A stretch of DNA of 64,000 nucleotides, taken from contig NC_087250.1 in assembly GCF_037042905.1 (NCBI RefSeq), forward strand, positions 19,036,001 to 19,100,000, given 5' to 3'. Made by a program: the position numbers and the translations under genes. Source of the DNA: Lytechinus pictus (lineage: Eukaryota). The notes beneath the pieces were generated by a model. It was not told where the DNA came from and searched no databases. It saw nothing but the letters and a program-made list of their open reading frames with translations. This document shows positions 34,465 to 47,750 of the stretch, piece by piece; position 1 is the first letter of the stretch; each line of letters starts with the position of its first letter.

Positions 34465-36023
34465 GAAAAACAAGGCAAACGCCAAGCGTTGTCTCGCCTG
34501 CATATTGCAGTCATGAAGAGACTGCATGTCAAAACTACATGTATGCTATATGACTTAGATGGACCTCTGTTACGAGTTTGACGCCCGGGGGGGGGCACTC
34601 GACCAAAAAAGTAGTGGGTATGTGCCGCGGGCGAGACAAAAAACGGGGGCCTTGGAGCGGGCTTATTGTAAAAAGGAGGGTCCTCGGAACGGGCTTCGGA
34701 ACGACAAATGTTTGTGAAAACGGGGGTCCTTGGAACGGGTCGCCTGCGTGTGATTGTGTATTCATCCATATGGAACGGGCATACGTGCATGCAGCTATAG
34801 CCCGGCGGCACGGGCGCCGGGTGCGCTAGCGCAGATGCGATGGTCGGACAGCGCTCCGCGGCCGCTTTTCACCAAAACTGCGGCTCGTAGCAGATCAATA
34901 CGGCCGGAACGGCGTAACGGAAAATGTGCGAAGCTTTGGAGCGGATTTCTTTCTTCTTTTTTTCTCGATAAGAAGAAAATGCTATGCTTTGGAGCGGCTT
35001 TCTTTGTTCTTTTTCTCAAGAAGACAAAAATGCTATGCCTTGGAACAGAAATTTGAGTGTGAAAATTGGGTTCCCCTCCGCGGCACATACCCACTATGCA
35101 TTATATACTGAGTGCCCCCCGGGGTTTGGCGATCCCACCTCGAAGCTATAGAAAGTTATTGTGTGTACAACACAGCACAGTGCCAGTCATGGAAAGTTCA
35201 TTGACCTTTGACCTTAATCGAATTCAACTCACATTCGAACTTGACCTGCACCTTCAAGAGATGGACGTCTGTTATGAATTTGGCGATCTCACCTCGAAGC
35301 TATAGAAAGTTATTGTGTGTATAACACAGCACAGTGCGAGTCATGGAAAGTTCATTGACCTTTGACCTTAATCGAATTCAACTCACATTCGAACTTGACC
35401 TGCACCTTCAAGAGATGGACGTCTGTTATGAATTTGGCGATCTCACCTCGAAGCTATAGAAAGTTATTGTGTGTATAACACAGCACAGTGCGAGTCATGG
35501 AAAGTTCATTGACCTTTGACCTTATTCAAATTCGACTCATATTCGAACTTGACCTGTGCCTTCAGGAGATGGACCTCTGGTATGAATTTGGTGATCCCAC
35601 CTCAAAGATATAGAAAGTAATTATGTGTACAACACAGCACAGTGCCAGTCATGGAAAGTTCATTGACCTTTGACCTTATTCAGATTCGACTCATATTCGA
35701 ACTTGACCTGTGCCTTCGGGAGATGGACCTCTGGTATGAATTTGGTGATCCCACCTCGAAGATATAGAAAGTTATTATGTGTACAACACAGCACAGTGCC
35801 AGTCATGGAAAGTTCATTGACCTTTGACCTTATTCAAATTCGACTCATATTCGAACTTGACCTGTGCCTTCAGGAGATGGACCTTTGGTATGAATTTGGT
35901 GATCCCATCTCGAAGATATAGAAAGTTATTGGGTGTACAACACAATTGTTGACGACGACGACGACGCCGACACCGGAAATAGTGATACCTATGTCTCGCT
36001 CCGCTACGCAGGCGAGACAAAAA
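34465..36023 (-). mobile_element. Complete Helentron-associated/DINE-1-like element with about 7 tandem 119-bp core repeats
   Basis: SubTIR GTCTCGCCTGC (34491) / GCAGGCGAGAC (36008), partial IR GTCTCGCT (35993), (GAC)n microsatellite, tandem cores at 35124-35945 and A-rich flanks. Confidence 0.75.
34584..35123 (+). mobile_element. CCCGGG-ended MITE, family A copy 1
   Basis: TIR CCCGGGG..GCACTC / GAGTGCCCCCCGGG. TSD GTTTGACG / GTTTGGCG. Homologous to 39466-39999 and 43337-43875. Confidence 0.85.
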
Positions 36024-36339
36024 CTGCGGATTATATAAGTCAGGTTGATTTTAGACACCTTACAGACGGTCTCTTTTATGATTGCACAAGCCACTTTTGG
36101 GGGGTTTAGATTTGACTTTTTTTTCGATGTCATCTGTTAGTGTGAATTCGATGTTTTCTTCTTAGATTTCTTCTTTGGATTAAGCAATGAAACCAATTAA
36201 AAATCACGTCAAAAGTCAAAACGCACTGTCGGCAAAAAAACCCAATGCCCACTATAAGGAAAATTTCAGTGCAGACGACTCGAGTTTACAAGGCGACGAT
36301 CTGACATTGCAACGAAGAGAAGCACCAGTTCGGGCTTGC

Positions 36340-36468
36340 AGGGGGGACATCAAATCCTTTGAGCATGAAAGCTACCGGAACGAAATCCAACTCCCAAAAT
36401 ACACATGGCTTCTGAAAGAAGAAAACATCGAATTCACAATAACTTGGGATATCGAAAAAGGTCAATGA
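36340..36468 (+). pseudogene. Short remnant resembling the C-terminal part of a Penelope-type GIY-YIG endonuclease
   Basis: KSFEHESYRNEIQLPKYTWLLKEENIEFTITWDI resembles the SF.H..YRN.T.LS.YIW.LK....I.W.I pattern, recalled from memory. Confidence 0.5.
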
Positions 36469-37767
36469 GAGGAATGGAAGTACATATATTTTTTCCACAA
36501 TTTGATGAAACCTTATATTTTGCTGCACTCGTCCACGCAGTTCCTATCCCTTTTGAGTTTTCAAAATGAAACACAATTGAAAGATAAATAACAAGGTTTG
36601 TAATATCATTTTTGGACTTTCCCTGATGTAATGGTTTGGGTTGCAAAACAAAATACACAATGCGGTTCAAAATTATGTTGATCATAAGCCAGAATTGTAT
36701 AGGCCTATATTGACACTACTGAATGCATTTACAGCGACAGAGAAAAGGAGAGAGATACACGCAAAGGATACACGTGCGCATGTACAGCGAGTGAGAGGCA
36801 CGCAAGCACACACACACACACACACACACCCTTCCTCACAGCGAGGGAAATAAAGAAACACAAAGATACACAGCGAGAAAGACAAAGGAGGCAATAGAGG
36901 GAGAAAGAGTGGTAGAGAGAAGGAGAGAGAGGGAGAGAAAAGGGAGGTGGTACAAATGATAATCGTGTATATATAGGTTTTACCATGGACCTATGGTTTT
37001 GCCCACTATTGACTTAGGTCATGTAGGAGGAATCGATGTTCCCAGCAGCGCCTTTTGTAACTTGCACTAACCTTGCTAAAATAAGTTCATTTCTCTTATA
37101 GAAGAGTCACAGAGGAACTCACCATATCGCTCTTGAGAAAACATTTAGACTTTTGAAAGGTATGTTACTTTTAATCTTTTCATCTTTATATCCTTTTAGC
37201 ATCTTTAGCTCTAGCTTTAACAAGTATACTGAAGAGCTCTTAATCGTGTTGTTTAAAGGACAAGTCCACCCCAACATAAGGTTGATTTGAATAAAAAGAG
37301 AAAAATCCAACAAGTACAACACTGGAAATTTTATTATAATCGGATGTAAAATAAGGAAGTTATGACATTTTAAAGTTTCGCTTATTTTTCACAAAACAGT
37401 TATACTGCACATCCTTGTCGGTATGCAAATGAGGAGACTGATGCAGTTAAGTATTATTAACTGAAAATGTAAGTGTCTTTGCATTAATTTGATTTTTTTA
37501 ATCTGTGATAAACACTTAAAAAATCAAGTATTATGTATTATACAACATGTACAGGTATATCATATTACATTTCATTGTATAACAATATCTATTATATTTC
37601 ACATTTGTTTATTATATTAAATAACATTTCAACACAAAAGTTGATTAATTAAGAATTCATATATTACTTGTTCTTAAAGAATATAAGAGTTTTTCAAATA
37701 TCAGATCTTTAATAAATTTATTGGCCACTGACGAAGAGTGTGACTTTTTCTTTCATTTTTGACAGCT

Positions 37768-38573
37768 GGGTCATTCCATGCCAATTCACCCAATGAATGT
37801 GCAATTTTGCACCCGACCCTCTCGGAATTCGTTGTAAATTTGATGATAAAAGTAAACACTTTACCATTAAACAAGAATATATATATATATATATGATATA
37901 TATTGCTGAACATCAAAATGCCTAAACAGATACCTATTCATGAGCATAAATGTTTAATGTTTCATTTGTGAACTGATGAGCTTAATTTCTTTTCATGTGC
38001 ATGCATACTGTAACTTAAGATTGGAAGAAATCATGTAACTGTTAAACACTTTTACTAACATGAATATTAGTATGTGGGACTAGAGTGAAATTTCATGGTA
38101 TCTTTGGAAGGGTTTTAAAAGGTGAAGAAATAAAATATCATCATTGGTTTTAACATATTTTGTCAATATCATACAAATAATTAACATACACGAAAATCAA
38201 GTTAAAAAATTATTTGTCCGGGGGTCGAACTCAAGGTCAAAGTAAAGGTCAAAGGTCACGACCTTATAAATGGCTCCAATACATTATTTGATGCATGTTT
38301 TGGATTCCTCTCTGAATTTCCTAATAAATGGTACCAGTTTCATGAAAATTGGTCAACACGTTACGACGCAGTGGCCATTGAAAGTTGAAGGTCACGCCCC
38401 TTTTTTTCAAAACAAGGAGAAAAGGGCGGGCCGTAGCGCAAGAACCGACGGACCAATTGGACTTATTTTTTTTGTTTTGTACGTGGGCCATGGTGAATTT
38501 TATGTGTACCAAATTACAACGAATTCTGAGACGGTCGGGTGCAACCACTGGGTGAATCCAGATGGAATGACCC
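37768..38573. mobile_element. MITE with GGG ends and 4-bp TSD (Sola2-like)
   Basis: TIR GGGTCATTCCAT / ATGGAATGACCC, TSD AGCT on both sides. Confidence 0.75.
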
Positions 38574-38652
38574 AGCTACGCTCCTTTAAAAATCTACCGG
38601 ATCTTTTTTCTACTGCATTTGACTAAACCAATTGTGATTATTTTATACATAC

Positions 38653-38708
<56 letters not shown>

Positions 38709-39362
38709 TAATTTTATTGGAACAAATTCCACATTCTCATCATGAAAAATCGTCATAAGGCTTGTAAAAGATACTTTCTGATAGACGATACAATTTTTTC
38801 ACTAAATTTCACGGTTGAATAAACATTAGTTGAAATTTGCTATGAATGGATTTTTTTTTACACATTTCTATCAATAAAAATGATCGAATATGATGACAAT
38901 TTTTTTTTCCGGAAGAGTATCTCCTACAATATTCATAATATCACGGTTCAATGAACATTTAATGAAAACCAAAAAAAAAATCAAATATCCTAGGCAAGTA
39001 TTGTTTCATTTTGGGAACTAAAATTATCTCATCAAGCGTTTTTTTTCTCACAATGTCCATAACTAGTCAACATGCCTTAATGATTCTAAGGCGTTTAAAA
39101 TTCACGCATGAATGAACATGAGGAATGTGAATAGCTCTTTTTTACGTTATTGGGAAAAAGTGCAATTGTTAACTATGAATATCTGTCACAAACCTTCTTG
39201 CATAGTTCATTTGATTTGATTTTTATGAAAATCCCAATGTCTATTGCTTCAGAGAGCACACAATATTCGAAAATTATGCAAATGGGAAGAAAGTTCAAGG
39301 CCTTGGCCCCACTTTGTGCCGTATCGAATGATTATTTCGGAGTGCGCGCCTTTTGGATATTG

Positions 39363-40373
39363 CCCGGGGGGGGGGCAGTCAAATATATTGCTGTACACAC
39401 GCGTGACCAAGAAACTTCCAAACACCCCCTAAACATGCTAAACGAGTTTTTCTCTGTGTGCAAAACCCGGGGGGGGGGGCACTCGACCAAAAAAGTAGTG
39501 GGTATGTGCCGCAGGCGAGACAAAAAACGGGGGCCTTGGAGCGGGCTTGTTGTAAAAAGGAGGGTCCTCGGAACGGGCTTCGGAACGACAAATGTTTGTG
39601 AAAACGGGGGTCCAGCGTGTGATTGCGTATTCATCCCTATGGAACGGGCATACGGGCATGCAGCTAGCCCGGCGGCACGGGCGCCGGCTGCGCTAGCGCA
39701 GATGCGATGGTCGGACAGCGCTCGCGGCCGCTTTTCACCAAAATTGCGGCTCTTTGTAGCAGATCAATGCGGCTGGAACGCCGTAACGGAAAATATGCGA
39801 AGCTTTGGAGCGGATTTCTTTCTTCTTTTTTCTCGATAAGAAGAAAATAATATGCCTTGGAGCGTCCTTCTTTGTTCTTTTTCTCAATAAGACAAAAATG
39901 CTACGCCTTGGAACGGAAATTTGAGTGCAAAATTGGGGGTCCCCTCCGCGGCACATACCCACTATGCATTATATACTGAGTGCCCCCCCCCCCCCCAGGG
40001 TGCAAAATGACCCCCTAAACATACTTTGCGGGCTTTATTTACACATTTTGGCCCCTTAACAAGATGTCGCCAAAATATGACCTCGGGGGAAAAAGCTTGG
40101 CAAAAAACTTACCCTAAACACGTTTGGCTAGTCTTAAAAAAAAAGCTTTGGGGGAAAAAACATACCCTAAATACGTTTGACCCTGCAATTGACCATTGAC
40201 CAGTCTTTCGAAACCACCCTTTTTCTTGAAAATCGGTGTTTTTGATACCCATAACGAGTCCACGCGCGGACCGCGTCCAAAGCTGAAAAAAAACACCCCT
40301 TTAAACGCGTTTTTTGGTCACGCGTGTGTAGGCCTACAGCAATATATTTGACTGCCCCTCCCCCCGGGGGGGG
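39363..40373. mobile_element. CCCGGG-ended MITE, family B, containing a family A copy
   Basis: TSD GGATATTG (39355-39362 and 40374-40381). TIR GGGGCAGTCAAATATATTGCTGTA / TACAGCAATATATTTGACTGCCCC. Confidence 0.85.
39466..39999 (+). mobile_element. CCCGGG-ended MITE, family A copy 2
   Basis: TSD GTGCAAAA. Near-identical to 34584-35123. Confidence 0.85.
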
Positions 40374-40879
40374 GGATATTGTCACTCTGAAGCCATTTCC
40401 GAAGCTTCATTAAACAAAATAAGGCAGAAGTAACAAAAATCGTCCATGAAACAATAGAGCTATTACAGAATAGCTCTATGATGAAACAAACCCTCATTTC
40501 ATTCCTTTTAACATGTTTAAAATTTTGATTTCCTCTCTCTCAGACATTGTGTATACCATGGGTGCATTGTTTAAGAATAAGTAGCTCCTTATTCAATATG
40601 GTGGAACTTTTTTTTTCAAAATTGTCTTTCGCTTAATCATTTGGCAGTACACCTATGGGCGGAATTCTGTGCAAAAATGAAATTGATTTATTTATGGATG
40701 AGTGTAATATTTTATCCCCTGATTTACTATTAAATATCTAAAATATGGCAGAAATTGTACAATTTAAATCATAATCTTAATTGTGAGAACCACTCCATAC
40801 TGTATTAGTAACACAATTGTAGCCAATTTGAAATATGATATATTTCATTTGTATGGATGGAAAGTTACAAACGACTATA

Positions 40880-41112
40880 CACTGCAAAAACTCTGGTGTT
40901 GATTTAACACCAGCCTTGAATCTATATATTTCCACACCAGAGTAAACAACACCAGTTTCGTTTTGGTCTAACACCAGATAGGTGTTTATACAACACCAAT
41001 TAGTATTAAAACAGCATCGGTTTTATTCAAAACTGGTTTTTTAATACTTCTCTGGTGTGGTCATATATAGATTCCGAGCTGGTGTTAAATCAACACCGGA
41101 GTTTTTGCAGTG
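40880..41112. mobile_element. CACTG-ended (EnSpm/CACTA-like) MITE
   Basis: TIR CACTGCAAAAACTC / GAGTTTTTGCAGTG, TA flanks and ACACCAG internal motifs. Confidence 0.8.
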
Positions 41113-41424
41113 TAGACATAAAGAATAGATAGATAATAGTAGAGATAAATGAATATAAATTGAACATGCATTTTCATTGTATTTTTTTTTTCAAATGCAA
41201 TATATTTTCTTTTAATTTTATCTTCGTTTGTTTCTGTTTATAAAGAAAGTTTTATCGGCTCTCCGCTCTTTCTCCGACGAGAAAAAAACATGACAAGTTT
41301 GTATTTCCTGCGGTCGGTTGCAGTGTGTGTGCTTCTCCATTTGACTCATGGCGAGTATTGACTTTTTCTTCTTCAAACTTTCTCAAAAGTGATGAATTCA
41401 ACACATTGAAAAATGATAACCTAA

Positions 41425-41781
41425 AGGCCACCGCACACTTTACGACTGTTCGCGATCCGATTTTATAACAAATCGCATTGTGCTCATTTTCTGAAAATGT
41501 GAATGGAACATATCATTTTATTTGAGGTTAAAATTAATTGACAGAACACTAATATAACCATTTTGAAAGATTGCAAGCTTTTATTTTGGAGTAAAGGCCA
41601 TATTAGTTTCAATCGTACGACTGCTATGACGTCATTACGACTAGATATTAAATTCGCTTTTATTCTAAGAAGGATGATAGCATAGTCACATATTTGAACA
41701 TTAAATAGTAAGATATTCAAATTCTATTACATTTTATTCTGAAATCGGGTCGCAGACCAATCGTAAGGTGTACGGTCGCCT
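41425..41781. mobile_element. Harbinger-like MITE
   Basis: TAA on both sides. TIR AGGCCACCGCACACTTTACGA / TCGTAAGGTGTACGGTCGCCT. Confidence 0.75.
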
Positions 41782-43053
41782 TAAAATAGCAGATAATAAA
41801 TAGGATTAGGAACGAGAAATGGTGATACAAACGTTACAAGCGCATGGAAGCAAAACGCTTTCAGATACCCAAATTGATTATTGAATCATGAATGGGGGTT
41901 TTCAGGGATGAGGCAGACCTGACTACCTTGCTTGTGAAAAATCAAATCATTTTTTAGATTGTATTCTCTATTCAAGTCTAAAATCATATTTTTTCTTAAA
42001 AAATTTTCTTAAAAATTTTTCTTAAAAAATTTGAAGAACCCATAATTATGTTATGGCCTTTGGTATTTACCTATGATACATTTCTTTTTCATCTGTATAA
42101 ATTTGTATTGTGTTTGATATTCAATTATAATGTTTACTTTACATTTTGTTATGTTTCTATTTGTACATGTGAACATTCACTTAGTTCAGTCTTTGACTGC
42201 TTTTGATTGTATTTTGATAGTTTTTATTGCAATAAATCCAATATATAAAAAAACATCATTCTTACAAGTTTCCAAAATTCTATCTCGGGGGGGGGGGGCT
42301 GTTCGTAAGCCTTTCCCCTAAAAAATCTTATTGAATAGGTAAAGCTCCTACTAATTGGCAGCTCTGTTGAGGCTATTTTCTTTGAATCCCTTTTTTCATA
42401 CCATTTGTGGCTACGTTTCACACTTTACTCGATGTCTTAATGGTTTCTCAATTATTTTGACCGGATGAAACATTGAAATGCGTCATGTGCCGACCAAGAA
42501 GATTGTCAGAAGAGTAGGCTACTGACACAAATCAAATAAAATCTGATGGCTTACGAATATTTCAGTGAAATAATAAAAATTAAAAAAAATGGTAGTTCTA
42601 AAAAAGCCTTCATAGGATATATTTAACAAGCAATTTTGAATCAATCATTAGCGCATGCGTATGGGTATCTACACTGTTAGAAAATTTATCCTTATTAAAG
42701 GTCAAGTCCACCCCAGAAAAATGTTGATTAGAATCAATAGAGAAAAATCAAACAAGCACAATGCTGAAAATTTCATCGAAATCGGATGTAAAATAAGAAA
42801 GTTATGTCATTTTAAAGTTTTGCTTATTTTCACACAACAGTTATATACTGGTTATATGCACAACTCAGTGACATGCAAATGAGAGAGTCGATGATGTCCA
42901 TCACTCACTATTTCTTTTGTTTTTATTGTTTGAATTATACAATATTTCAATTTTTAACAATTTGACATTAAGGACCAAATTGACTGAACCATAAGATGTT
43001 ATAACAATGGTAATACCGCATGTTCAGGGAGGAATAAAACTTTGTTTCACAGG

Positions 43054-44499
43054 TGTGACGATACTACAACAAATAACAAGTAAAATTTGAGTGTTGAAGT
43101 TGAATTTCCTTTTCTTTTATTGCAGGAAATTGATTATACATTAACAATCATAAATAAAACATAAATAAATATTGATCTTACGTCTCTTGAGATTAGTTCT
43201 GGCAATTACGGTATTCCAAATGATAGTATCCAGATAAAAGTCCAAGTTGGCTGACGAAAATTCACAATGATGGCGATGATGAAACTGATGTTGAAGCACG
43301 ATGAAAAATAAGAGTCACTGTAACGAGTTGAAATGTCGGGGGGGGGCAATCGACCAAAAAAGTGGTAGGGGTGTGCCGCGGGCGAGGCAAAAAACGGGGG
43401 CCTTGGAGCGGGCTTATTGTAAACAGGTGGGTCCTCGGAACGGGCTTCAGAACTACAAATGTTTGTGAAAACGGGGGTCCTCGGAACGGATCTCCGTATC
43501 TCTGTGAGTGCGTATGCATCCCTATGGAACGGGCAATCGTGCATGACGCAGCTAGCGCGGCCTCCGCCGGGTGCGCTCCCGCTTAGGCGATGGTCGAAAA
43601 GCGCTCTACGGCCGCTTTTCACCAAAATTGTAGCAGATCAATGCGACCGGAACGGCGTAACGAAAAAAATGCGAAGCTTTGGAGCTGATTTCTTTCTTCT
43701 TTTTTCTCGATAAGAAGGAAATGCTATGCCTTGGAGCGGCTTTCTTTGTTCTTTTTCTCAATAAGACAAAAATGCTATGCCTTGGAACGGAAATTTGAGT
43801 GTAAAAATGGGGGTCCCCTCCGCGGCACATACCCACTATGCAATATATACTGAGTGCCCCCCCCCCCCCCCCGGGCCGTGAAGACGATGTTGATGATGAT
43901 TAACAATCAATTTCAGTAATCCTTGGGTTGAAAAGCGTTCATTAAACAGGTTGATGATCTCGATGAGAACTGAGAATTCCTCTCTCAAAATAACTGCAAA
44001 CTGTTCATTGATGGCGGGTAAATAATTCCACAGAAGATAAATGTTCCAGGTGGAAATAAACTCGGCTCTGACATAAAGTCTGGTGTGAAACTCTGAGTTC
44101 TGATCAGATATGATGAAGTGATCTGATATGATGTCCTTATATACAAATTATTCACTATTCTAGAGGTTTCTAGTATTCACTATTATGGAAGGTTCTAGTA
44201 TTTAAAAAAAAAAACATTCTCCTTTCAGGGGCAGTCAAATTCCAGAAGACTCGTGAATGACCTCATTGAAATTAACAGTGTCAACAAAATAGCTAAGCCT
44301 ATTGTTAATTTCCACTACCAATACAAGTCTATTATAAAGCAATCTCTATTCAGAAATAACAAAGAGTATTCAAAGATTAGTGTCCAACAAAGCTGTAGTG
44401 GAACATTCTTGATCATTCTATGCTATAAAATATCCTTATAAGAGGAAATAACTAAATAAATGAATGTAATTGCTCTTACAATTATTCTTATAAGTAACA
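43054..44499. mobile_element. Probable solo LTR (about 0.9 kb after removing the nested MITE)
   Basis: TGTGAC...GTAACA ends and TSD CAGG (43050-43053 and 44500-44503). No ORF. Confidence 0.7.
43337..43875 (+). mobile_element. CCCGGG-ended MITE, family A copy 3 (more diverged, no clear TSD)
   Basis: Homology to 34584-35123. Confidence 0.8.
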
Positions 44500-44856
44500 C
44501 AGGACAATGAGGAGAAAATTAGAATAATTCATATTTCATATAATAAAATACAAAAGAAATAGTGAGTGATGTCATCAGTCCCCTCATTTGCATACCGGCC
44601 AGGATGTGCATATAACTGTTTGTTGAAATTAAGCAAAACTTAAAATTGTCATAACTTTCTTATTTTACATCCGATTTTGATGAAATTTTCTGTGTTATGC
44701 TTGTTGGATTTTTCTCTTATTATTCAAATCAACTTTTGGCCGGGGTGGACTTGTCCTATAATAAAAGAAGTTCCTGCAGCGGAATCTCGAGAACACCTGT
44801 AATCTTATACCAGATTGCGTAATCTTACAGGAAAATAGGATTTGGTGTATGGAATC

Positions 44857-45914
44857 GTGGAGGCGTCGTGGTGTAGCGGTTCTGACTCTCGCCTTGTAAT
44901 CAGAGGTTCGTGTGTTCGAATCCCACCATGGCCTAGCGTCCTTTGGCAAGGCGTTAATCCACACTTTGCCACTCTTCACCCAGGTGTTAAACGGGTACCC
45001 GGTAGGATGTGAAAGCCTATATGTAGTATGCCTAGCAATTGAGTCTTGGAACTCTTGTTGGAATGCTCCCCAGGGAGTGGAGAATGTGTATACATTGTAT
45101 GCGGGCATCCCGGGGGGCCACTTCCATTGACGAGTGGATACCATGCGCGACCACGGGGTCTTGAAAAGCACCCTAAACACGTATTTTCCATATTCTTAAA
45201 ATGCACCCCTTAACAAGTATTGGCGTGTGAAACCCTACCCTTAACGAGTATTGGAAACAAATACTATTGGCAAGTATTCCCAGAACTGAGCCCCTAAACA
45301 AGTACAGCGATGTATTTTCCATATTCTTAAAATGCACCCCTTAACAAGTATTGGAAACAAAACGATACTCCATCATACTCTTAGCAAGTATTCCCTGAAA
45401 TGAACCCCTAAACAAGTACAGAGATATTTTATTGTTATGTCACGTGTCCGTCGATCGGTCGTCGGTTTTACCTTTAGACACCATTTTTTTGGTTTAGTAC
45501 GGCCCCACCTTCCACACCTCGCGCAAATCGGACTCTAAACACGTAGTGTTGGGGCAAAAAGGCCAAAAAGGACATCCTTTAGAAAACATTTTGATTTTGT
45601 TTTATCATCCCCGCATATTTGACCCTAAACACGTATATTTTTCCGAGCGAAATAGATACCCTTTTTTCAATATTTTTGTGTTTTTGACACCCTTATCACG
45701 TTACGTACGTAACGTGCCCTATCTTGAAAAAGACACCCTTTTTACGTGTTTTTTTGGTCGCGCATGGTATCCACTCGTCAATGTAAGTGGCCCCCCCGGG
45801 GCGGGCATGCAAGGATCCGATGACCGGGGTAATAATATGTCTGTAAAGCGCTTAGAGACGTCGTTCCGATGTATTAAGCGCTATATAAATGCGGACTATT
45901 ATTATTATCATTAT
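44857..45914 (+). mobile_element. tRNA-derived SINE split by a MITE
   Basis: A-box TGGTGTAGCGG, B-box GTTCGAATCC, CORE-like GTCCTTTGGCAAGGC and a (TAT)n tail. TSD TATGGAATC (44848-44856 and 45915-45923). Confidence 0.88.
45109..45800. mobile_element. CCCGGG-ended MITE, family C
   Basis: TSD GCGGGCAT. ~45-bp TIR CCCGGGGGGCCACTTCCATTGACGAGTGGATACCATGCGCGACCA. Confidence 0.9.
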
Positions 45915-46104
45915 TATGGAATCTTACAAATTTCCTTAACAAAACACCCTTTTCCCATTTTCGAACAGACCTGTTCTGTTAACTTGCAGAAAATTTCTGT
46001 TTTATGAATTTACAAAATGATTCTGTTATTGCTTTCTGCAAAATCTTCTCTCTTTTTTCTGTTAAATTACGGTTTTTTTTTTTTAACACCCTTATAAAAA
46101 TCGC

Positions 46105-47750
46105 CAATGGTATTTGAATGGTGGCGAATGGTAGTTGAATGGTGATCTGAATGGTAAATGGTACGCGAATGGTATTTAAGTGGTGTTTCAATGGTAAGTT
46201 CTTAATGGTAAGTGGTAGTTGAATGGTGATCTGAATGGTAAATGGTACGCGAATGGTATTTAAGTGGTGTTTCAATGGTAAGTTCTTAATGGTAATTGGT
46301 AGTTTATTTAATGGTAAATGGTATACCATATACCCAATGGTGTCTCAGTGGTATGTGTCTAATGGTATGATTGGTATGATGAATGGTATACCATACCCAA
46401 TGGTGTCTCAGTGGTATACAATGGTGTCTCAGTAGTATGTGCCTCTAATGGTATGATTGGTATGATGAATGGTATACCATATACCCAATGGTGTCTCAGT
46501 GGTATTCAATGGTGTCTCAGTAGTATGTGCCTCTAATGGTATGATTTGTATGGTGAATGGTATACCATATACCAATGGTGTCTCAGTGGTATACAATGGT
46601 GTCTCAGTAGTATGTGCCTCTAATGGTATGATTGGTATGATGAATGGTATACCATACCCAATGGTGTCTCAGTGGTATACAATGGTGTCTCAGACTCTCA
46701 GTAGTATATGTGCCTCTAATGGTATGATTGGTATGATGAATGATATACCATATACCAATGGTGTCTCAGTGGTATTCAATGGTGTCTCAGTAGTATGTGC
46801 CTCTATAATGATATGATTGGTATGGTGAATGGTATACCATATACCCAATGGTGTCTCAGTCGTATTCAATGGTGTCTCAGTAGTATGTGCCTATATAATG
46901 ATATGATTGGTATGGTGAATGGTATACCATATACCCAATGGTGTCTCAGTGGTGTCCAATAGTCTCAGTGGTATATGTGTAATGGTATGATTTGTATCAA
47001 TGGTATACCATATGGCCAATATGGTGTCTCAGTAGTATGTGTGCCTAATGGTATGATTGGTATGATGAATGGTATACCATATACCCAATGGTGTCTCAGT
47101 GGTATTCAATGGTGTCTCAGTAGTATGTGCCTCTAATGGTATGATTTGTATGGTGAATGGTATACCATATACCAATGGTGTCTCAGTGGTATACAATGGT
47201 GTCTCAGTAGTATGTGCCTCTAATGGTATGATTGGTATGATGAATGGTATACCATACCCAATGGTGTCTCAGTGGTATACAATGGTGTCTCAGACTCTCA
47301 GTAGTATATGTGCCTCTAATGGTATGATTGGTATGATGAATGGTATACCATATACCAATGGTGTCTCAGTGGTATTCAATGGTGTCTCAGTAGTATGTGC
47401 CTCTATAATGATATGATTGGTATGGTGAATGGTATACCATATACCCAATGGTGTCTCAGTCGTATTCAATGGTGTCTCAGTAGTATGTGCCTATATCATG
47501 ATATGATTGGTATGGTGAATGGTATACCATATACCCAATGGTGTCTCAGTGGTGTCCAATAGTCTCAGTGGTATATGTGTAATGGTATGATTTGTATCAA
47601 TGGTATACCATATGGCCAATATGGTGTCTCAGTAGTATGTGCCTATATAGTGGTATAATTAATGGATAGTTGTTGGATAATTGTAACGCAATTGTGGCTT
47701 AGTGGTGTGTGCCTAATGAATGCTATTTATGCTAATGGTGAATGGTATGC
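46105..47750. repeat. AATGGT-rich subterminal array with a 600-bp tandem duplication
   Basis: Near-identical ORFs at 46469 and 47069 are exactly 600 bp apart. Confidence 0.93.

Larger units (their letters stand above)
42699..44757. mobile_element. Kolobok-like MITE split by a solo LTR
   Basis: TTAA|AGGTCAAGTCCACCCC ... GGGGTGGACTTGTCCT|ATAA. The two halves match the copy at 25063. Confidence 0.8.

Noticed and set aside
39150..39839. 229-aa ORF and similar ORFs at about 34.4-35.1 kb and 43.2-43.8 kb
   Set aside because: They read through GC-rich MITE junctions and the frames are not conserved among the three copies.
46469..47416. Duplicated 115-aa ORFs
   Set aside because: They are translations of the AATGGT subterminal array.
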